A stretch of 64,000 bases of DNA from Thermoproteota archaeon (GCA_032249235.1 JAVVGF010000004.1:1-64000); one strand, 5' to 3'. Numbered from the stretch's first letter, positions 1 through 10,650 are shown. Numbers and translations: made by a program. The notes: generated from the letters alone by a model not told the origin.

Positions 1-308
1 CCCGCTTTCACGGCCCGTACCCGTCTTAGGCATGGTGGGCCGTTACCCCACCATCTACCTGATAGGCCGTGCTCACATCCTCAGGCGGCGAAGAGCAGTC
101 GGCCCTTCGCCTTTAGGTAAGGAGCTATTCCAAGACTCCTTACCTATCCGGGATTATCCTCCGTTTCCAGAGGTTGTCCCGGACCTGAGGGTAGTTTGAG
201 CACGTTTTACTGAGCCGTACGCCGCGTGGCAGCTGATAACCCCTGCCACGCCGACTTGCATGGCTACCCACCCCGATAGCGGTCAGGTCCGGCAGGATCA
301 ACCGGGGT
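1..308 (-). rRNA. rrs: 16S rRNA, 5' portion (continues beyond window start)
   Basis: Minus strand begins ACCCCGGTTGATCCTGCCGGACC...GCCATGCAAGTCG...GGCTCAGTAA, the archaeal 16S 5' consensus; GC-rich against an AT-rich background. Confidence 0.97.
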
Positions 309-449
309 CAGCCGCATATTCTGAGGATGACTTCCCTAGGACCTAACTATTTAGTTAGGTCCTCATTTCTGTTGACTATAGGTGGAGGTTAATACCTCAT
401 CCTCAGCGGAATTGCTAAGTCAGTATTAACACCGCCCCTATAGTCAGCA
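309..449 (-). other. pre-rRNA 5' external transcribed spacer with hairpins and a box C/D-type K-turn
   Basis: 12-bp hairpin at 338-363; long stem about 372-395/423-446 enclosing CUGA...GAUGAG and a 6-bp inner stem. Confidence 0.7.
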
Positions 450-470
450 CTAATTATTTTAACAAAGGAA

Positions 471-482
471 TATAAAAACTTT
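471..482 (-). promoter_or_regulatory. BRE-TATA of the rRNA operon
   Basis: AAAGTTTTTATA on the minus strand, about 22 nt before the structured leader. Confidence 0.7.
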
Positions 483-491
483 AGCTAGATT

Positions 492-502
492 AAAGCTTAT
501 AT
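492..502 (+). promoter_or_regulatory. BRE-TATA of tRNA-Ile (divergent from the rRNA promoter)
   Basis: AAAGCTTATAT about 30 nt upstream of the tRNA; the same 11-mer recurs before L14 and S8. Confidence 0.7.
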
Positions 503-531
503 TAAAATAGGCAATACAGCAATATTGTATA

Positions 532-606
532 GGGCCGGTGGCTTAGCCTGGTTATAGCGTCCGGCTGATAACCGGAAGGTCATGGGTTCAAATCCCATCC
601 GGCCCA
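532..606 (+). tRNA. tRNA-Ile(GAT)
   Basis: GGGCCGG/CCGGCCC acceptor stem, TCCGG-CTGATAA-CCGGA anticodon arm, GGTTCAAATCC T arm; no encoded CCA. Confidence 0.96.
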
Positions 607-1644
607 TTATATAAATAATTCAATGTTTGAATTAACCCAATTTATCATTTTTTCCAATCCTTTGTCCACATTATGCTCAGGTTTCCAACCTGTTATTTTG
701 TTTATTTTGGAAATGTCTGAAATATAAAGAAGTTGATCAAAAGGTCTCCATGAAGAAAATTTTATCATAGGTTTCTTTCCGGTTTTACTCTCTATTTTAT
801 CTAAAAGTTCCAATAGAGAAACAGAATTTTCTAAACCACCGCCTATATTGAAGACATCGCTTTTTGGCTTCATGTTTATTAGAATTTCCATTAACTTCAC
901 CAAATCTTTCACGTAAAGTAAATCTCGAACCTGTTTTCCGTTACCGTATATCGTTATTTCTTTTCCTGTAAGAGTTGCAATAACAAACCAAGCAACCCAA
1001 CCTTGATCTTCGACACCAAATTGCCTTTCACCATATATGCAACTCATGCGCAATACATATGTTCTTAATCCATAAGTATGCGCATAATCTTGCACATATA
1101 TATCGCCAGTAAGCTTTGAAGAACCATAAGGAGTGTGGGCAGTTAAATCTACTGGAAATTCTTCATTAATTCCTTTTTCATAATAACTAGAGGCAATATA
1201 ATAGCGCTTTTCGCCTTCTTTCAAAGGAATTTTATTCACATTGTCGCCATAAACTTTGTTTGTTGAGGTGAAAATCAATAAGGAGTCATTTAATCTTGCA
1301 AGCTCTAGAATGTTGAATGTTCCTAAAGCATTTATCAAAAAATCTTCTCTTGGATTTTCTATTGAAGTGGTTACGGCTACTTGTGCTGCACAATGAATTA
1401 TTACGTCTGCTTTAGGTAATCTTTTTAACTCTTCAAAATTTGTTATATCAACTTTGAAAAGCTTGACATTAGGTAATTTTGCGATATAATTCCAGTTATA
1501 GTCCTCTCTTATCAGTTCTTTTCTAAGAAGCCTTTTCCTACTCAAATTATCGCAGCCTAATATTTCATAACCTTTTTTAGAAAATTCTTCTACTGCATGT
1601 GAACCGACAAAGCCCGCAGCGCCTGTGATCAAAATCGAAACCAT
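607..1644 (-). CDS. NAD-dependent sugar epimerase/dehydratase (CDP-paratose 2-epimerase-like extended SDR)
   Basis: TGAAGFVG, STNKVYG, YGSSK, RMSCIYG..QFG.EDQGWVAWF motifs. Confidence 0.88.
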   Translation of the reverse strand: MVSILITGAAGFVGSHAVEEFSKKGYEILGCDNLSRKRLLRKELIREDYNWNYIAKLPNVKLFKVDITNFEELKRLPKADVIIHCAAQVAVTTSIENPREDFLINALGTFNILELARLNDSLLIFTSTNKVYGDNVNKIPLKEGEKRYYIASSYYEKGINEEFPVDLTAHTPYGSSKLTGDIYVQDYAHTYGLRTYVLRMSCIYGERQFGVEDQGWVAWFVIATLTGKEITIYGNGKQVRDLLYVKDLVKLMEILINMKPKSDVFNIGGGLENSVSLLELLDKIESKTGKKPMIKFSSWRPFDQLLYISDISKINKITGWKPEHNVDKGLEKMINWVNSNIELFI

Positions 1645-1673
1645 AAATAGAATAATAAGAGAAACTTAAAAAA

Positions 1674-1990
1674 GGTGCAAGGTGTATTTGTAAGCCTCTT
1701 TTTGTTTCAACGCCATTCATCTAGTCGGTCGGAGAGCTCATAGGGGGTGCTCATTGCTCGCCCCGACCTTTGTCTTTGCGGGGGATCATGTTTCACCGAG
1801 CAATGGCTATACTCAAGCTAGCTACTTCGTTGCCGAAGTAGCATCGCCATCATAGACACCCAGCCATGCTCGTGCCATTTCTGTGGTCTACCAGGCCTTT
1901 CGGCCTATGCCTTACGGCATCGCAAACCCCCTAGCGACAGAGGACTTTCCTCAGGCTTGCGCCCGAGAGGCGTTCAATACACCTTGCACC
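1674..1990 (-). ncRNA. rnpB: RNase P RNA (type A-like)
   Basis: GAGGAAAGUCCUCU and AAACAAAAAGAGGCUUA P4 halves; 15-bp terminal P1 (GGUGCAAGGUGUAUU/AAUACACCUUGCACC); P6 UAGGGGG/CCCCCUA; GNRA-capped P8 and P9; followed by a U6 tract. Confidence 0.95.
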
Positions 1991-2028
1991 CAATTTATTT
2001 TAATTTCATTTTTGATTTAAAATTGATT

Positions 2029-3381
2029 GTGAAAGTATTCAAAATAGGTTTAGATGATACAGATACGAGTTTTGGTTATTGCACCACTTATGTTGCTACG
2101 TTGCTTATTGAAGAGGTAATAAAAAGCGGTTTTGAAATATTAGATTTTCCATACTTGATAAGGCTTAATCCTTACATTCCTTATAAAACTAGAGGAAACG
2201 CTTCAGTATCATTTGAAATAAGAGCTGATCATAACTTAATCGAAAAGATTATTTCTAAATTCGAAGAGATAAGTAAAGAATTGAAGGATGAAAGACAAGA
2301 TAAACCAAATCCTGTTCTAGCAATATGCGAAGAGGAAGTAGATAGATCTCTTAAGAATTTCTATTATAAATCACTCGTTAAAGAAATTAAAACCGAAGAA
2401 GCAATCGAATTAGCAAAAAAATTAAACATTAAATACTATGCATTGAGAAGCAAGCGAGGTTTAATAGGTGCATTAGCCGCGATAGGCGCAGATTTGAAAG
2501 AATATACGTATGAATTATTATCTTACAGGAACCCTTCTGAAAAAAGTAAGCTGAGAAATTTAAGTTATGAAAAAGTTAAGGCTATGGACGAAATATTCAA
2601 AGATTATACTTTTCAAAATTTAGACGAAGAAAAAAGGAGAATATTAATAACGCCTCATGGTAAAGATCCTGTTATAGTAGGAATTAGGGGAAAGGATCCA
2701 GATAAACTAATCGAAGCTTATAGATATCTAAATGTAGATGCTGAAAGATGGATAATTTTCAAGACAAACCAAGGAACTGATGTTCATTTAACCCTGGCAA
2801 AGCATATTAAAAGTTTTGATAAATATTCAGTAATTTATGAAAAGTGTAAAATTATTGAGGAGCCAAGGATAACAAAAGGAGGTCATGTAATAATCGAAGC
2901 AAGTATAGGCAACAAAAAAGCAAAATTACTTGTATACAGAGAGAGTGGTGAAATGAATAGAATTGCAAGACAGCTAAAAGAAGGAGATGAGATAATTATA
3001 GGAGGGGGGATAAAAGATGTCGAAAAAGATTTTTTGGTTATAAATTCTGAAAGAATAGAAATATTATCTCTCAAAGCTACCTACATAAAAAAAAGACCTC
3101 CATGCCCCAAATGCGGAGTGAGAATGAAAAGCAACGGAATAGGTAAAGGCTTGAAGTGTGAAAATTGTAATGTTAAAATTCCGTTTGAATTTGATCTAGC
3201 TATTGAACTAGATAGACCTCTTAAAGAAGGACAGGTTTTCATTCCACCTCCTCGAGCAAGAAGACATTTAACCAAACCTACTGAAAGAGAAAGTTTAGGA
3301 ATTAATAAACAATTTAGTTTAAAGTACTTTTTCAGTAAATACTTACTTCTTGATCAAAAATCCGTAATTGACCTCTCTTAA
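2029..3381 (+). CDS. tiaS: tRNA(Ile2) agmatinylcytidine synthetase
   Basis: IGLDDTD..GYCTTY, RLNPYIPYKTRGN, GLIGALAAIG, TNQGTD, OB fold and C-terminal Zn ribbon; start moved to GTG 2029 because the longer ORF start lies inside RNase P RNA. Confidence 0.93.
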   Translation: MKVFKIGLDDTDTSFGYCTTYVATLLIEEVIKSGFEILDFPYLIRLNPYIPYKTRGNASVSFEIRADHNLIEKIISKFEEISKELKDERQDKPNPVLAICEEEVDRSLKNFYYKSLVKEIKTEEAIELAKKLNIKYYALRSKRGLIGALAAIGADLKEYTYELLSYRNPSEKSKLRNLSYEKVKAMDEIFKDYTFQNLDEEKRRILITPHGKDPVIVGIRGKDPDKLIEAYRYLNVDAERWIIFKTNQGTDVHLTLAKHIKSFDKYSVIYEKCKIIEEPRITKGGHVIIEASIGNKKAKLLVYRESGEMNRIARQLKEGDEIIIGGGIKDVEKDFLVINSERIEILSLKATYIKKRPPCPKCGVRMKSNGIGKGLKCENCNVKIPFEFDLAIELDRPLKEGQVFIPPPRARRHLTKPTERESLGINKQFSLKYFFSKYLLLDQKSVIDLS

Positions 3382-4203
3382 AATAGCGAAACCAACTTTT
3401 TTTAAACGCGATAATATATTGCCTCTAATTTTTTTGAGACCGCTTATTTCTGAAGGATAACCTATATAATGATAAACCAATGCTTTTTTAGGAAGAAAAT
3501 TGTAGAGCTTTCTATAAAATTCTAAGGAATACAATTCTTCACCAATAGAAAAAGTAGGAGGGTCGTGAATTACCTTATTAAAATATTCTTTTTCTAAGTC
3601 ATCTAAAATTTCAAAAGCATCACCTAGAACTATTGGTATTTTTTGTAATTCTTTTGACCAAGGGTTAAATTCTGCAATTTTCAAAACTTCTAGCTCTTTT
3701 TCTATCGTGATTAACTTTGCAGGACCCTTCACGTAGGCGTTTATTGCAGTATAACCTAATCCTGTTCCTATATCTAGCACCCTATCCTTCTTTGTAATAT
3801 TCAAGGCTTCGACTTTTTGTTTCGCATCTTCCCAAGGGTTTATTTCTTTAATCCTATGCATATGAATTCCATTGATCTCTAGTGTAGGAGCCCCTTCTTT
3901 AACATTTCTCAGTTTGTAAAATTTATTCTTGAAGAATTTTAAAGGAAAAAACGATCTGTTTATCCAAGCATATAATTCAGTCTCATCTGAACGTGCGTAT
4001 ATTTCCTTGATTTCTTCAATATCACATTCGTAATTCTTAAATCTGAGTTTGTTATCTTCTAAGCGTAGAATTGAAAACGTTTTACCGAGATCTAAGCTAA
4101 CATAGATTTCTTTCTTTCCTTTGCTTAATTCATTTAATATTAACTCAGCAGTATGAAAAGTGAATATTGGATATATCTTAGGTTTGAAGATGTAAATTCT
4201 CAC
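3343..4203 (-). CDS. archaeal SAM-dependent methyltransferase (COG2521-like)
   Basis: [48 protein letters not shown]. Confidence 0.85.
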   Translation of the reverse strand: MRIYIFKPKIYPIFTFHTAELILNELSKGKKEIYVSLDLGKTFSILRLEDNKLRFKNYECDIEEIKEIYARSDETELYAWINRSFFPLKFFKNKFYKLRNVKEGAPTLEINGIHMHRIKEINPWEDAKQKVEALNITKKDRVLDIGTGLGYTAINAYVKGPAKLITIEKELEVLKIAEFNPWSKELQKIPIVLGDAFEILDDLEKEYFNKVIHDPPTFSIGEELYSLEFYRKLYNFLPKKALVYHYIGYPSEISGLKKIRGNILSRLKKVGFAILREVNYGFLIKK

Positions 4204-5920
4204 TTTCTCTTAGCATAGGCATCTTTATGCCATGCTTTTTAGCGACTTCTTTTGCTTTTGTATAACCTGCATCAGCATGCCTAATCACCCCTAGGCCTGG
4301 GTCTGTAGTTAAGGTTTTGATAGCTCTTTCTCTGGCATGTTCTGATCCATCTAGAACAACGTTTACACCTGCATGAATACTGTAACCGATTCCTACCCCT
4401 CCGCCATGATGCAATGCAACCCATGCAGCCCCTGCTACAGCATTAAGTAGAGCATTCAAAATTGGCCAATCTGCTATTGCATCGCTTCCATCAAGCATTC
4501 CTTCTGTCTCTCTATAAGGTGAGGCAACGCTGCCTGAATCAAGATGATCTCTTCCGATCCAAATTGGCCCTATTTCGCCCTTTTTAACCATAGAATTTGC
4601 TATCTCTGCGAATCTTGCTCTTTCCCCTAAACCAAGCCAACAAACTCTTGCAGGAAGTCCTTGAAACTTAACTTTAGTGCGTGCATTTTCTATCCATCTA
4701 ACTATTTTCTTGTTATAACCGAATTCAGATAGTACCATATCGTCTAACTTCTGAATATCTTTTACTTCTCCAACTAAAGAAGCCCAGCGAAAAGGCCCTC
4801 TCCCTTCAGCAAAAAGAGGCCTAATAAATGCATGTATAAAGCCGGGAAAAGAGAAAGCCTTATCGAAGCCTGCTTCATATGCCATTCTCCTTGCATTATT
4901 TCCGTATTCGAAAACTATTGAGCCTGCTTCTTTGAATTTAACCATTGCTTCGACCTGTTTTCTTATACTTTTCAATGCTAACTTTCTATATTCATCAGGA
5001 TCTCTATTCCTCAATTCTTCAGCTCCCTCAATAGTTAACCCTTCTGGAATGTAGCTCAAAGGATCATGCGCAGGCGTTTGATCCGTTACCACATCTGGCC
5101 TTATGCCTCTTTTTGCAAGAGTATCATATACATCTGCAGCATTGCCTAAGAGACCTATAGAAATAGGTTTTCTTCTTGCAAGATATGAATAAACTAAATC
5201 GAGAGCTTTTTCGATATCGTCAGTCCATGTGTCAAGAAAACCATACCTCATTCTCCTTTCAATCATCTTCTTATCTATTTCAACTACTAACGCGACACCA
5301 CCATTCATCGTTATTGCAAGAGGTTGAGCTCCTCCCATTTCTCCTAAACCTGCTGTCAATACAAAACGGCCCTCAAGACTTCCATTGAAATATTGTTCTG
5401 TAACAGTAGCGAATGTTTCATATGTTCCTTGTAGTATGCCTTGAGTGCCAATATACATCCAGCTTCCTGCAGTCATTTGACCATACATGGTTAATCCCTT
5501 TTTCTCTAATTCTAGAAAATATTGCCAATCAGCCCATTTTGGAACTAGCATTGCATTTGACATTAAGACTTTTGGAGCATGGGTATAAGTTTTGAATACA
5601 GCAACAGGTTTGCCACTTTGAATTATAAGGGTTTCGTCTTTTTCCATTGTGAGAAGAGTATCAACGATAGTTTCAAAGCATTCCCAATTTCTCGCAGCCT
5701 TTCCTGTACCGCCATAAACAATTAAATTTTTAGGATCTTTTGCAACTTCTTGATCTAAAACATTAAATAGCATGCGTAGTGGTGCTTCGATAAACCAATC
5801 TTTGCTATCTACATTCAAATCATAACCTTTTATTGCTTTAACAGTTCTAGTTAAAGGATCGTAATTTCCTTTTTGTATCAAGCGATAAATTGGTCTCTTT
5901 TCGTAATCCTTCAGATTCAT
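4178..5920 (-). CDS. hutU: urocanate hydratase
   Basis: [55 protein letters not shown]; likely start ATG 5920. Confidence 0.97.
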   Translation of the reverse strand: MNLKDYEKRPIYRLIQKGNYDPLTRTVKAIKGYDLNVDSKDWFIEAPLRMLFNVLDQEVAKDPKNLIVYGGTGKAARNWECFETIVDTLLTMEKDETLIIQSGKPVAVFKTYTHAPKVLMSNAMLVPKWADWQYFLELEKKGLTMYGQMTAGSWMYIGTQGILQGTYETFATVTEQYFNGSLEGRFVLTAGLGEMGGAQPLAITMNGGVALVVEIDKKMIERRMRYGFLDTWTDDIEKALDLVYSYLARRKPISIGLLGNAADVYDTLAKRGIRPDVVTDQTPAHDPLSYIPEGLTIEGAEELRNRDPDEYRKLALKSIRKQVEAMVKFKEAGSIVFEYGNNARRMAYEAGFDKAFSFPGFIHAFIRPLFAEGRGPFRWASLVGEVKDIQKLDDMVLSEFGYNKKIVRWIENARTKVKFQGLPARVCWLGLGERARFAEIANSMVKKGEIGPIWIGRDHLDSGSVASPYRETEGMLDGSDAIADWPILNALLNAVAGAAWVALHHGGGVGIGYSIHAGVNVVLDGSEHARERAIKTLTTDPGLGVIRHADAGYTKAKEVAKKHGIKMPMLRESENLHLQT

Positions 5921-5940
5921 AATAAAATAAATCACTATGG

Positions 5941-6795
5941 CTATAATAGCCTTCTAGCAAAGAAATCTATCCTAATTTTATATTTCCTAGGGGCATAATC
6001 GTTCACTATCTTCTCTTTTATTACTAAATATTCATAGGAATTCTTTTTGCATGCTTGATCAATTATTTTAAGAGCTTCTCCGAACATATTTTCTTCTTCG
6101 CCTATATGATAAAAATGTATAATGCCTCCTTCACTTTTCAAAAGCGGTAATGTTAGGTCTAAGTATTCATAAGCACCGAGTGGTAAAGTCATCAAAACCC
6201 TATCAGCTTTTCCCATGAAAGAAGAATATACATCCTTCACATCTGCATTTATGCAAACTATTTTGTTTTGCAATTTATTCAATCTAACGTTTTCTAAAGC
6301 ATACTTATGAGCAATCTCATTTTTCTCAATACATATTATTTTATCGATATTAGGATTGAATTTTGCAATGGCTATAGCATAGGGTGCAACTCCTGAGAAC
6401 ATATAAATTATAAACTCGCCGGCCTTGGTTGACTTAGCTATATCAATTCTATCCTCTGCGTCTCTTGGGGAGAAATACACCTTTAAAGGATCCAATTTTA
6501 TTAAATAGCCATACTCTTTATGAACCACTTCTGTGTCAGAACCGAATAATAGCTTGTAATCATATAACCTAAATTCTCCTTTTCTTTGTTCTGATCGCTT
6601 AACAACTGCTTTAACTTTTTTATGAATTTTTAAGATGGCATCTACAATTAATTGCTCATACTTTTCTAATTTTTCGTCTATTCTTATTACAATAACCTGG
6701 CCGGTCTTAGACCCTATTAAGTCAAAACTAGTAGGTATAAGATCAATATATTCTTGAGGAATTTTATCTTTCAGAAGTTCTTTGAGGGTTACCAT
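5941..6795 (-). CDS. Trm5/Taw2-family tRNA methyltransferase lacking the N-terminal D1 domain
   Basis: [34 protein letters not shown]; start moved to ATG 6795 because the longer ORF starts inside the tRNA. Confidence 0.85.
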   Translation of the reverse strand: MVTLKELLKDKIPQEYIDLIPTSFDLIGSKTGQVIVIRIDEKLEKYEQLIVDAILKIHKKVKAVVKRSEQRKGEFRLYDYKLLFGSDTEVVHKEYGYLIKLDPLKVYFSPRDAEDRIDIAKSTKAGEFIIYMFSGVAPYAIAIAKFNPNIDKIICIEKNEIAHKYALENVRLNKLQNKIVCINADVKDVYSSFMGKADRVLMTLPLGAYEYLDLTLPLLKSEGGIIHFYHIGEEENMFGEALKIIDQACKKNSYEYLVIKEKIVNDYAPRKYKIRIDFFARRLL

Positions 6796-6807
6796 GTTTA
6801 AAGAATA

Positions 6808-6881
6808 TAGCGGGGGGTGGATTTGAACCACCGACCTCCGGGTTATGAGCCCGGCGGAATGCCTGGCTTTCCCACCCCGCT
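6808..6881 (-). tRNA. initiator tRNA-Met(CAT)
   Basis: A1-U72 pair (AGCGGGG/CCCCGCT) and CCGGG-CTCATAA-CCCGG anticodon arm with three consecutive G-C pairs. Confidence 0.95.
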
Positions 6882-6928
6882 TTAGCCATTATATACTTTA
6901 ATTGTACTTATAAATAAATCTAAAAAAG

Positions 6929-7043
6929 AACCCCTTCATTTCAACTGGAATCAAGTATTTGATATATAAAAAGTTAATATATACAATAGATAACCGAAAA
7001 TGCCATTAAATTAATTGTCTTTTCCACTCGAAACAAAGGGGTT
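6929..7043. other. oriC: putative replication origin: two inverted ORB elements flanking an AT-rich DUE
   Basis: TTCCAGTTGAAATGAAGGGGTT (minus, 6929-6950) and TTCCACTCGAAACAAAGGGGTT (plus, 7022-7043) match the TTCCA..GAAA...GGGGT ORB consensus; 71-bp AT-rich spacer. Confidence 0.82.
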
Positions 7044-7045
7044 GG

Positions 7046-8383
7046 TTAATATATTTCATGGACTATCTTTTTTATTTCATCTTCGAATATCTCTAGGCCT
7101 TTATCTATGTATTTTTCTTCTAGATTTAACGGAGGAGCAATCCTAATTACCGAACGGCCGGCCGTGATTAAAAGCAATCCTCTTTTCCAACATCTTACAA
7201 TTAATTCATGCGCTTCTTTTACAGCATATTCTTTTGTCTTTTTATTTTTAACAAGCTCAATGCCAATCATAAACCCTTTTCCTCTTACATCACCTATTAG
7301 TTCATATTCGTCTTTCATTTCCTCAAATCTTTTCAAAAGTTTTTCTCCGATAATCTTAACCCTTTCTAGCAATTTTTCTCTTTTTATAACGTTTATAGTA
7401 GCGACGGCAGCAGCACATGCAACAGGGTTCCCGCCAAAAGTTGTTGCATGTGCACCTTTTTCCCAATTCATTATCTCAGCTCTTGCAGCCATTAATCCCA
7501 ATGGTAAACCGCTAGCAATAGCTTTGGCTAAAGTAATTATATCTGGCTTAATATCAAAGTGATTTATAGCAAGCCATTCTCCTGTTCTTCCAATGCCTGC
7601 TTGAACTTCATCGTCAACCATTAAAATACCGTATTCATCTGCGAGTCTTTTTAACTTTTTGAAATAATCGGGCGGCGGCCAAACAAATCCGCCTTCGCCT
7701 TGTACAGGTTCGAAGAAAAAGGCCGCCACCTCATCAGGGGGAATGTATTTCTCTAATATCCATTCTTTAATGAAATCTACACAAGCTATTCCACAATCTG
7801 GATAGCTCATGCCTAGGGGGCATCTATAACAATAAGCATAAGGCGCATGTACGATACCTGGCAATAAGGGACCAAATCTTCTTCTATGAACGGGCTTTGA
7901 GGCCGTTAAACTCATAGATCCGTATGTTCGGCCATGAAATGATCCAATAAAGCTCAAAATGTAAGGCCTCCCGGTATAATACCTTACTAACTTGAGAGCG
8001 GCCTCATTTGCTTCAGTTCCGCTATTACCAAAATGAAACTTTGCTTCTTTGAAAGGTAAAATTTCTGAAACAGTTTTTGAAAGCTCTATTACTTCTTTAT
8101 AATAGAAGTCTGTAATGCTATAATGTAGGAGTTTATTGGCTTGCCTCTGGATTGCTTTGACTACTTCAGGATGTCTTCCTATATTTAAGCATAGCAGACC
8201 TGAATTGAAATCAATGTACTCATTGCCGTCTACATCTATTACTTTTGTTCCTTCTACTCTATCGACAAATAAAGGATAAAATCTTGCATATGAAGGCGAG
8301 ACATACTTTTCGTCCTCCTTTAATAATTCTAAAGCCTTTGGTCCTGGAGGGGTGATTACTATTTTAGGAAGGTCCTCATTCAT
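7046..8383 (-). CDS. class III PLP aminotransferase (4-aminobutyrate/acetylornithine type)
   Basis: DVDGNEYIDF, NSGTEANEAA, FHGRT, EPVQGEGG, DEVQAGIGRTG, TLAKAIASG. Confidence 0.93.
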   Translation of the reverse strand: MNEDLPKIVITPPGPKALELLKEDEKYVSPSYARFYPLFVDRVEGTKVIDVDGNEYIDFNSGLLCLNIGRHPEVVKAIQRQANKLLHYSITDFYYKEVIELSKTVSEILPFKEAKFHFGNSGTEANEAALKLVRYYTGRPYILSFIGSFHGRTYGSMSLTASKPVHRRRFGPLLPGIVHAPYAYCYRCPLGMSYPDCGIACVDFIKEWILEKYIPPDEVAAFFFEPVQGEGGFVWPPPDYFKKLKRLADEYGILMVDDEVQAGIGRTGEWLAINHFDIKPDIITLAKAIASGLPLGLMAARAEIMNWEKGAHATTFGGNPVACAAAVATINVIKREKLLERVKIIGEKLLKRFEEMKDEYELIGDVRGKGFMIGIELVKNKKTKEYAVKEAHELIVRCWKRGLLLITAGRSVIRIAPPLNLEEKYIDKGLEIFEDEIKKIVHEIY

Positions 8384-8433
8384 AAACTACCTTCTTTATT
8401 AAGGCATAAATGCTTTTAGTATAAAATTTTCAT

Positions 8434-8922
8434 ATGGGTACAATTTCAACTGTAGAGATCAGGCCGCCAGAAGGTGTTAATGTCATTGTAGGACAATCAC
8501 ACTTCATCAAGACGGTTGAAGACATATACGAAGCAATAGTGACAACAGCACCACATCTAGAGTTCGGTATCGCATTTTGTGAGTCTTCAGGTCCTCGTTT
8601 AATAAGAAGAGATGGAAATGATCAAGAATTAATAAATCTCGCTACAGAATATGCAAGACAAATTGGTTGCGGTCATATTTTTGTTATATGTTTAAGAAAA
8701 GGCTACCCGATAAACATATTAAATGCTATAAAGCAAGTCCCTGAGGTTGTGGGAATATATTGTGCATCAGCCAATCCCTTATTATTCATCATTTATGAAG
8801 AAGGTGATAGAAGAGCTTTACTAGGCGTAAGCGATGGTCTAAAACCCTTAGGAGTAGAGGATGAAGAGAAAATAAGGGAAAGAATAAATTTTCTAAGAAA
8901 AATAGGTTATAAAAGAGGGTAA
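8434..8922 (+). CDS. DUF355 / adenosine-specific kinase family protein
   Basis: NVIVGQSHFIKTVEDIYEA, FGIAFCESSG, C-terminal FLRKIGYKR. Confidence 0.9.
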   Translation: MGTISTVEIRPPEGVNVIVGQSHFIKTVEDIYEAIVTTAPHLEFGIAFCESSGPRLIRRDGNDQELINLATEYARQIGCGHIFVICLRKGYPINILNAIKQVPEVVGIYCASANPLLFIIYEEGDRRALLGVSDGLKPLGVEDEEKIRERINFLRKIGYKRG

Positions 8923-10646
8923 ACCAATACTGAAGCAAATACAGAAAAAGCAAAAGTCACATAAGGTAAAACTTTTCCATATTTCACAAAGCGGTTCATT
9001 GCATTTTCATAGATTTTGATTAAATCACCTAATACTCTAAATTTGGGCGTTTCTATCTTTATAAAGGAAATTTTTGCTTCCTCAAAATTTTGGTTTGCAT
9101 AGTTTAGAGTGTTAATGATCCTTCTAATGATAATTTCATGAAGTTTTTTATTATAGCCAAAAGGATAGTATCCGTTATGTCCTGTAAAGCTACCTGTCAT
9201 TAAATGGGTATCTGTTGAACAAATTTCTCCTTTTATATTATATTCTAAAAGTTTTCTAACTATCTTATTTCTGAGCTCGAAATCTATATTATTTGAATCG
9301 ATAAGAATTAAGCAAAATGTTGAGGTGGTATTTCTAAATACTAGAAGATAACCTTCTCCCTTGCATACTTCATTTTCTAATCCTTCAATATCAAGTAATG
9401 GTATTTTTTGAAAACTTATTTTTCCACTTTCTAATCTTTCTTTTTTTAATAAATTTAAGTGATCTCGAATGCCGTTTAAAATTTCTGATTCGTAATCTAT
9501 TGCTTTATTTAAACCAAGCGAGTAAGAATTATGTGCGTCTATCAAGATTAAATCATCGAAACCATATTTTTTACAAAGTAGTTTCGCTTTTCTATGTGTA
9601 TCATAATTTAAATCATCGATGATGTCAGGAATTTTAGCGCTTATGATTATTACAGGGACGTGGTTTATCAAAAAACCTTTTATCACGAAATGTTTAGTTT
9701 CTGTCTCTACAAAATTTGAAATTTTTAGCTCTAATACTTCATTATATCTAATCATATTTTTCTCAACAAAATCTATTAAATAATTCTTTTCATCATTAGA
9801 TACGAAGTCATATTCATGTGTTGTTAAACCATGAAAAGGCAGTATGTGAATAGGATTCTTTGTCATAAGTATGGTAGGCAGATCTGAGCTACCTACACTT
9901 AAGAATGGTCCTGGGTGTATAGGTAAAGAAAGCAGACTTAGTCTTTTTCCTGAGCTTGTTTCAAATAGAGTCGCAGGGATTTCGAAGCTTGTCTCATATT
10001 TAACAACGCTCTTCAATGTTTTTTCGTAAAACAGGTGATTTTTGCTGAGCCAAGTTAATAAAAACCCCTTTAGATGTTCAAAAAGATCGATTTTGTATTT
10101 TCTTATTATCGTTTTTCTTATTAAGAAAAGATATAATTCAGTAATAGCTAGCGTAATTGCGAAAACAGCGTATGATTTCGTGAAGCTAAATAGTAAGTTA
10201 TGAGTATCTTTCTCGATGACGAGATTGTAAAAAACGAGTATAGGAATAGATACTAAAAGAGAATAAACAGCTTTTAAGATGTTTTTCAGCGGCGTTACAA
10301 AATCTAAAGCTATGGTTGCTAAAGAAATAAAACATACCAAGACTGCAGTGCTAATTAATACGTTTTTAATAAACGAATAAAGGAAAAAGGATATTAATAA
10401 ACCAAAACTATAGAATAAAAAAAATCCAAGAGCCCTTTTTAAGGTTGTAAATTTATCTATTTTTGTAAAAATATATTCGATTAATAATACTAAAAATAAA
10501 ACAGGTAGAAAAATTATTTTGTTTGAATTTATTATAAAAATTAAGAGTATAACAATAATTAATAATATTGACTCATAAAGGATTAATATCTTTGTTGTTG
10601 GTAAAATCCAGAGTTCTTTGTAAAATTTTTCTATAGATCTTTTCAT
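8907..10646 (-). CDS. DUF2070 family membrane protein
   Basis: N-terminal TM bundle; HPGPF..VGSS, DAHN, DSNN, TDTH motifs. Confidence 0.88.
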   Translation of the reverse strand: MKRSIEKFYKELWILPTTKILILYESILLIIVILLIFIINSNKIIFLPVLFLVLLIEYIFTKIDKFTTLKRALGFFLFYSFGLLISFFLYSFIKNVLISTAVLVCFISLATIALDFVTPLKNILKAVYSLLVSIPILVFYNLVIEKDTHNLLFSFTKSYAVFAITLAITELYLFLIRKTIIRKYKIDLFEHLKGFLLTWLSKNHLFYEKTLKSVVKYETSFEIPATLFETSSGKRLSLLSLPIHPGPFLSVGSSDLPTILMTKNPIHILPFHGLTTHEYDFVSNDEKNYLIDFVEKNMIRYNEVLELKISNFVETETKHFVIKGFLINHVPVIIISAKIPDIIDDLNYDTHRKAKLLCKKYGFDDLILIDAHNSYSLGLNKAIDYESEILNGIRDHLNLLKKERLESGKISFQKIPLLDIEGLENEVCKGEGYLLVFRNTTSTFCLILIDSNNIDFELRNKIVRKLLEYNIKGEICSTDTHLMTGSFTGHNGYYPFGYNKKLHEIIIRRIINTLNYANQNFEEAKISFIKIETPKFRVLGDLIKIYENAMNRFVKYGKVLPYVTFAFSVFASVLVYPLL

Positions 10647-10650
10647 AATA

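Noticed and set aside
1674-1990. 15-bp inverted repeat read as MITE or IS ends
   Set aside because: It is the P1 helix of RNase P RNA
1957-2028. N-terminal extension of TiaS given in the ORF track
   Set aside because: It overlaps the RNase P RNA 5' end; homology begins at VKVFKIGLDD
6796-6831. N-terminal extension of the Trm5 ORF
   Set aside because: The upstream start lies inside tRNA-iMet
7107-7562. Antisense ORFs such as 7107-7562, 37535-38038, 58130-58474 and 63651-63971
   Set aside because: They are shadows of well-conserved genes on the opposite strand, with no recognisable motifs
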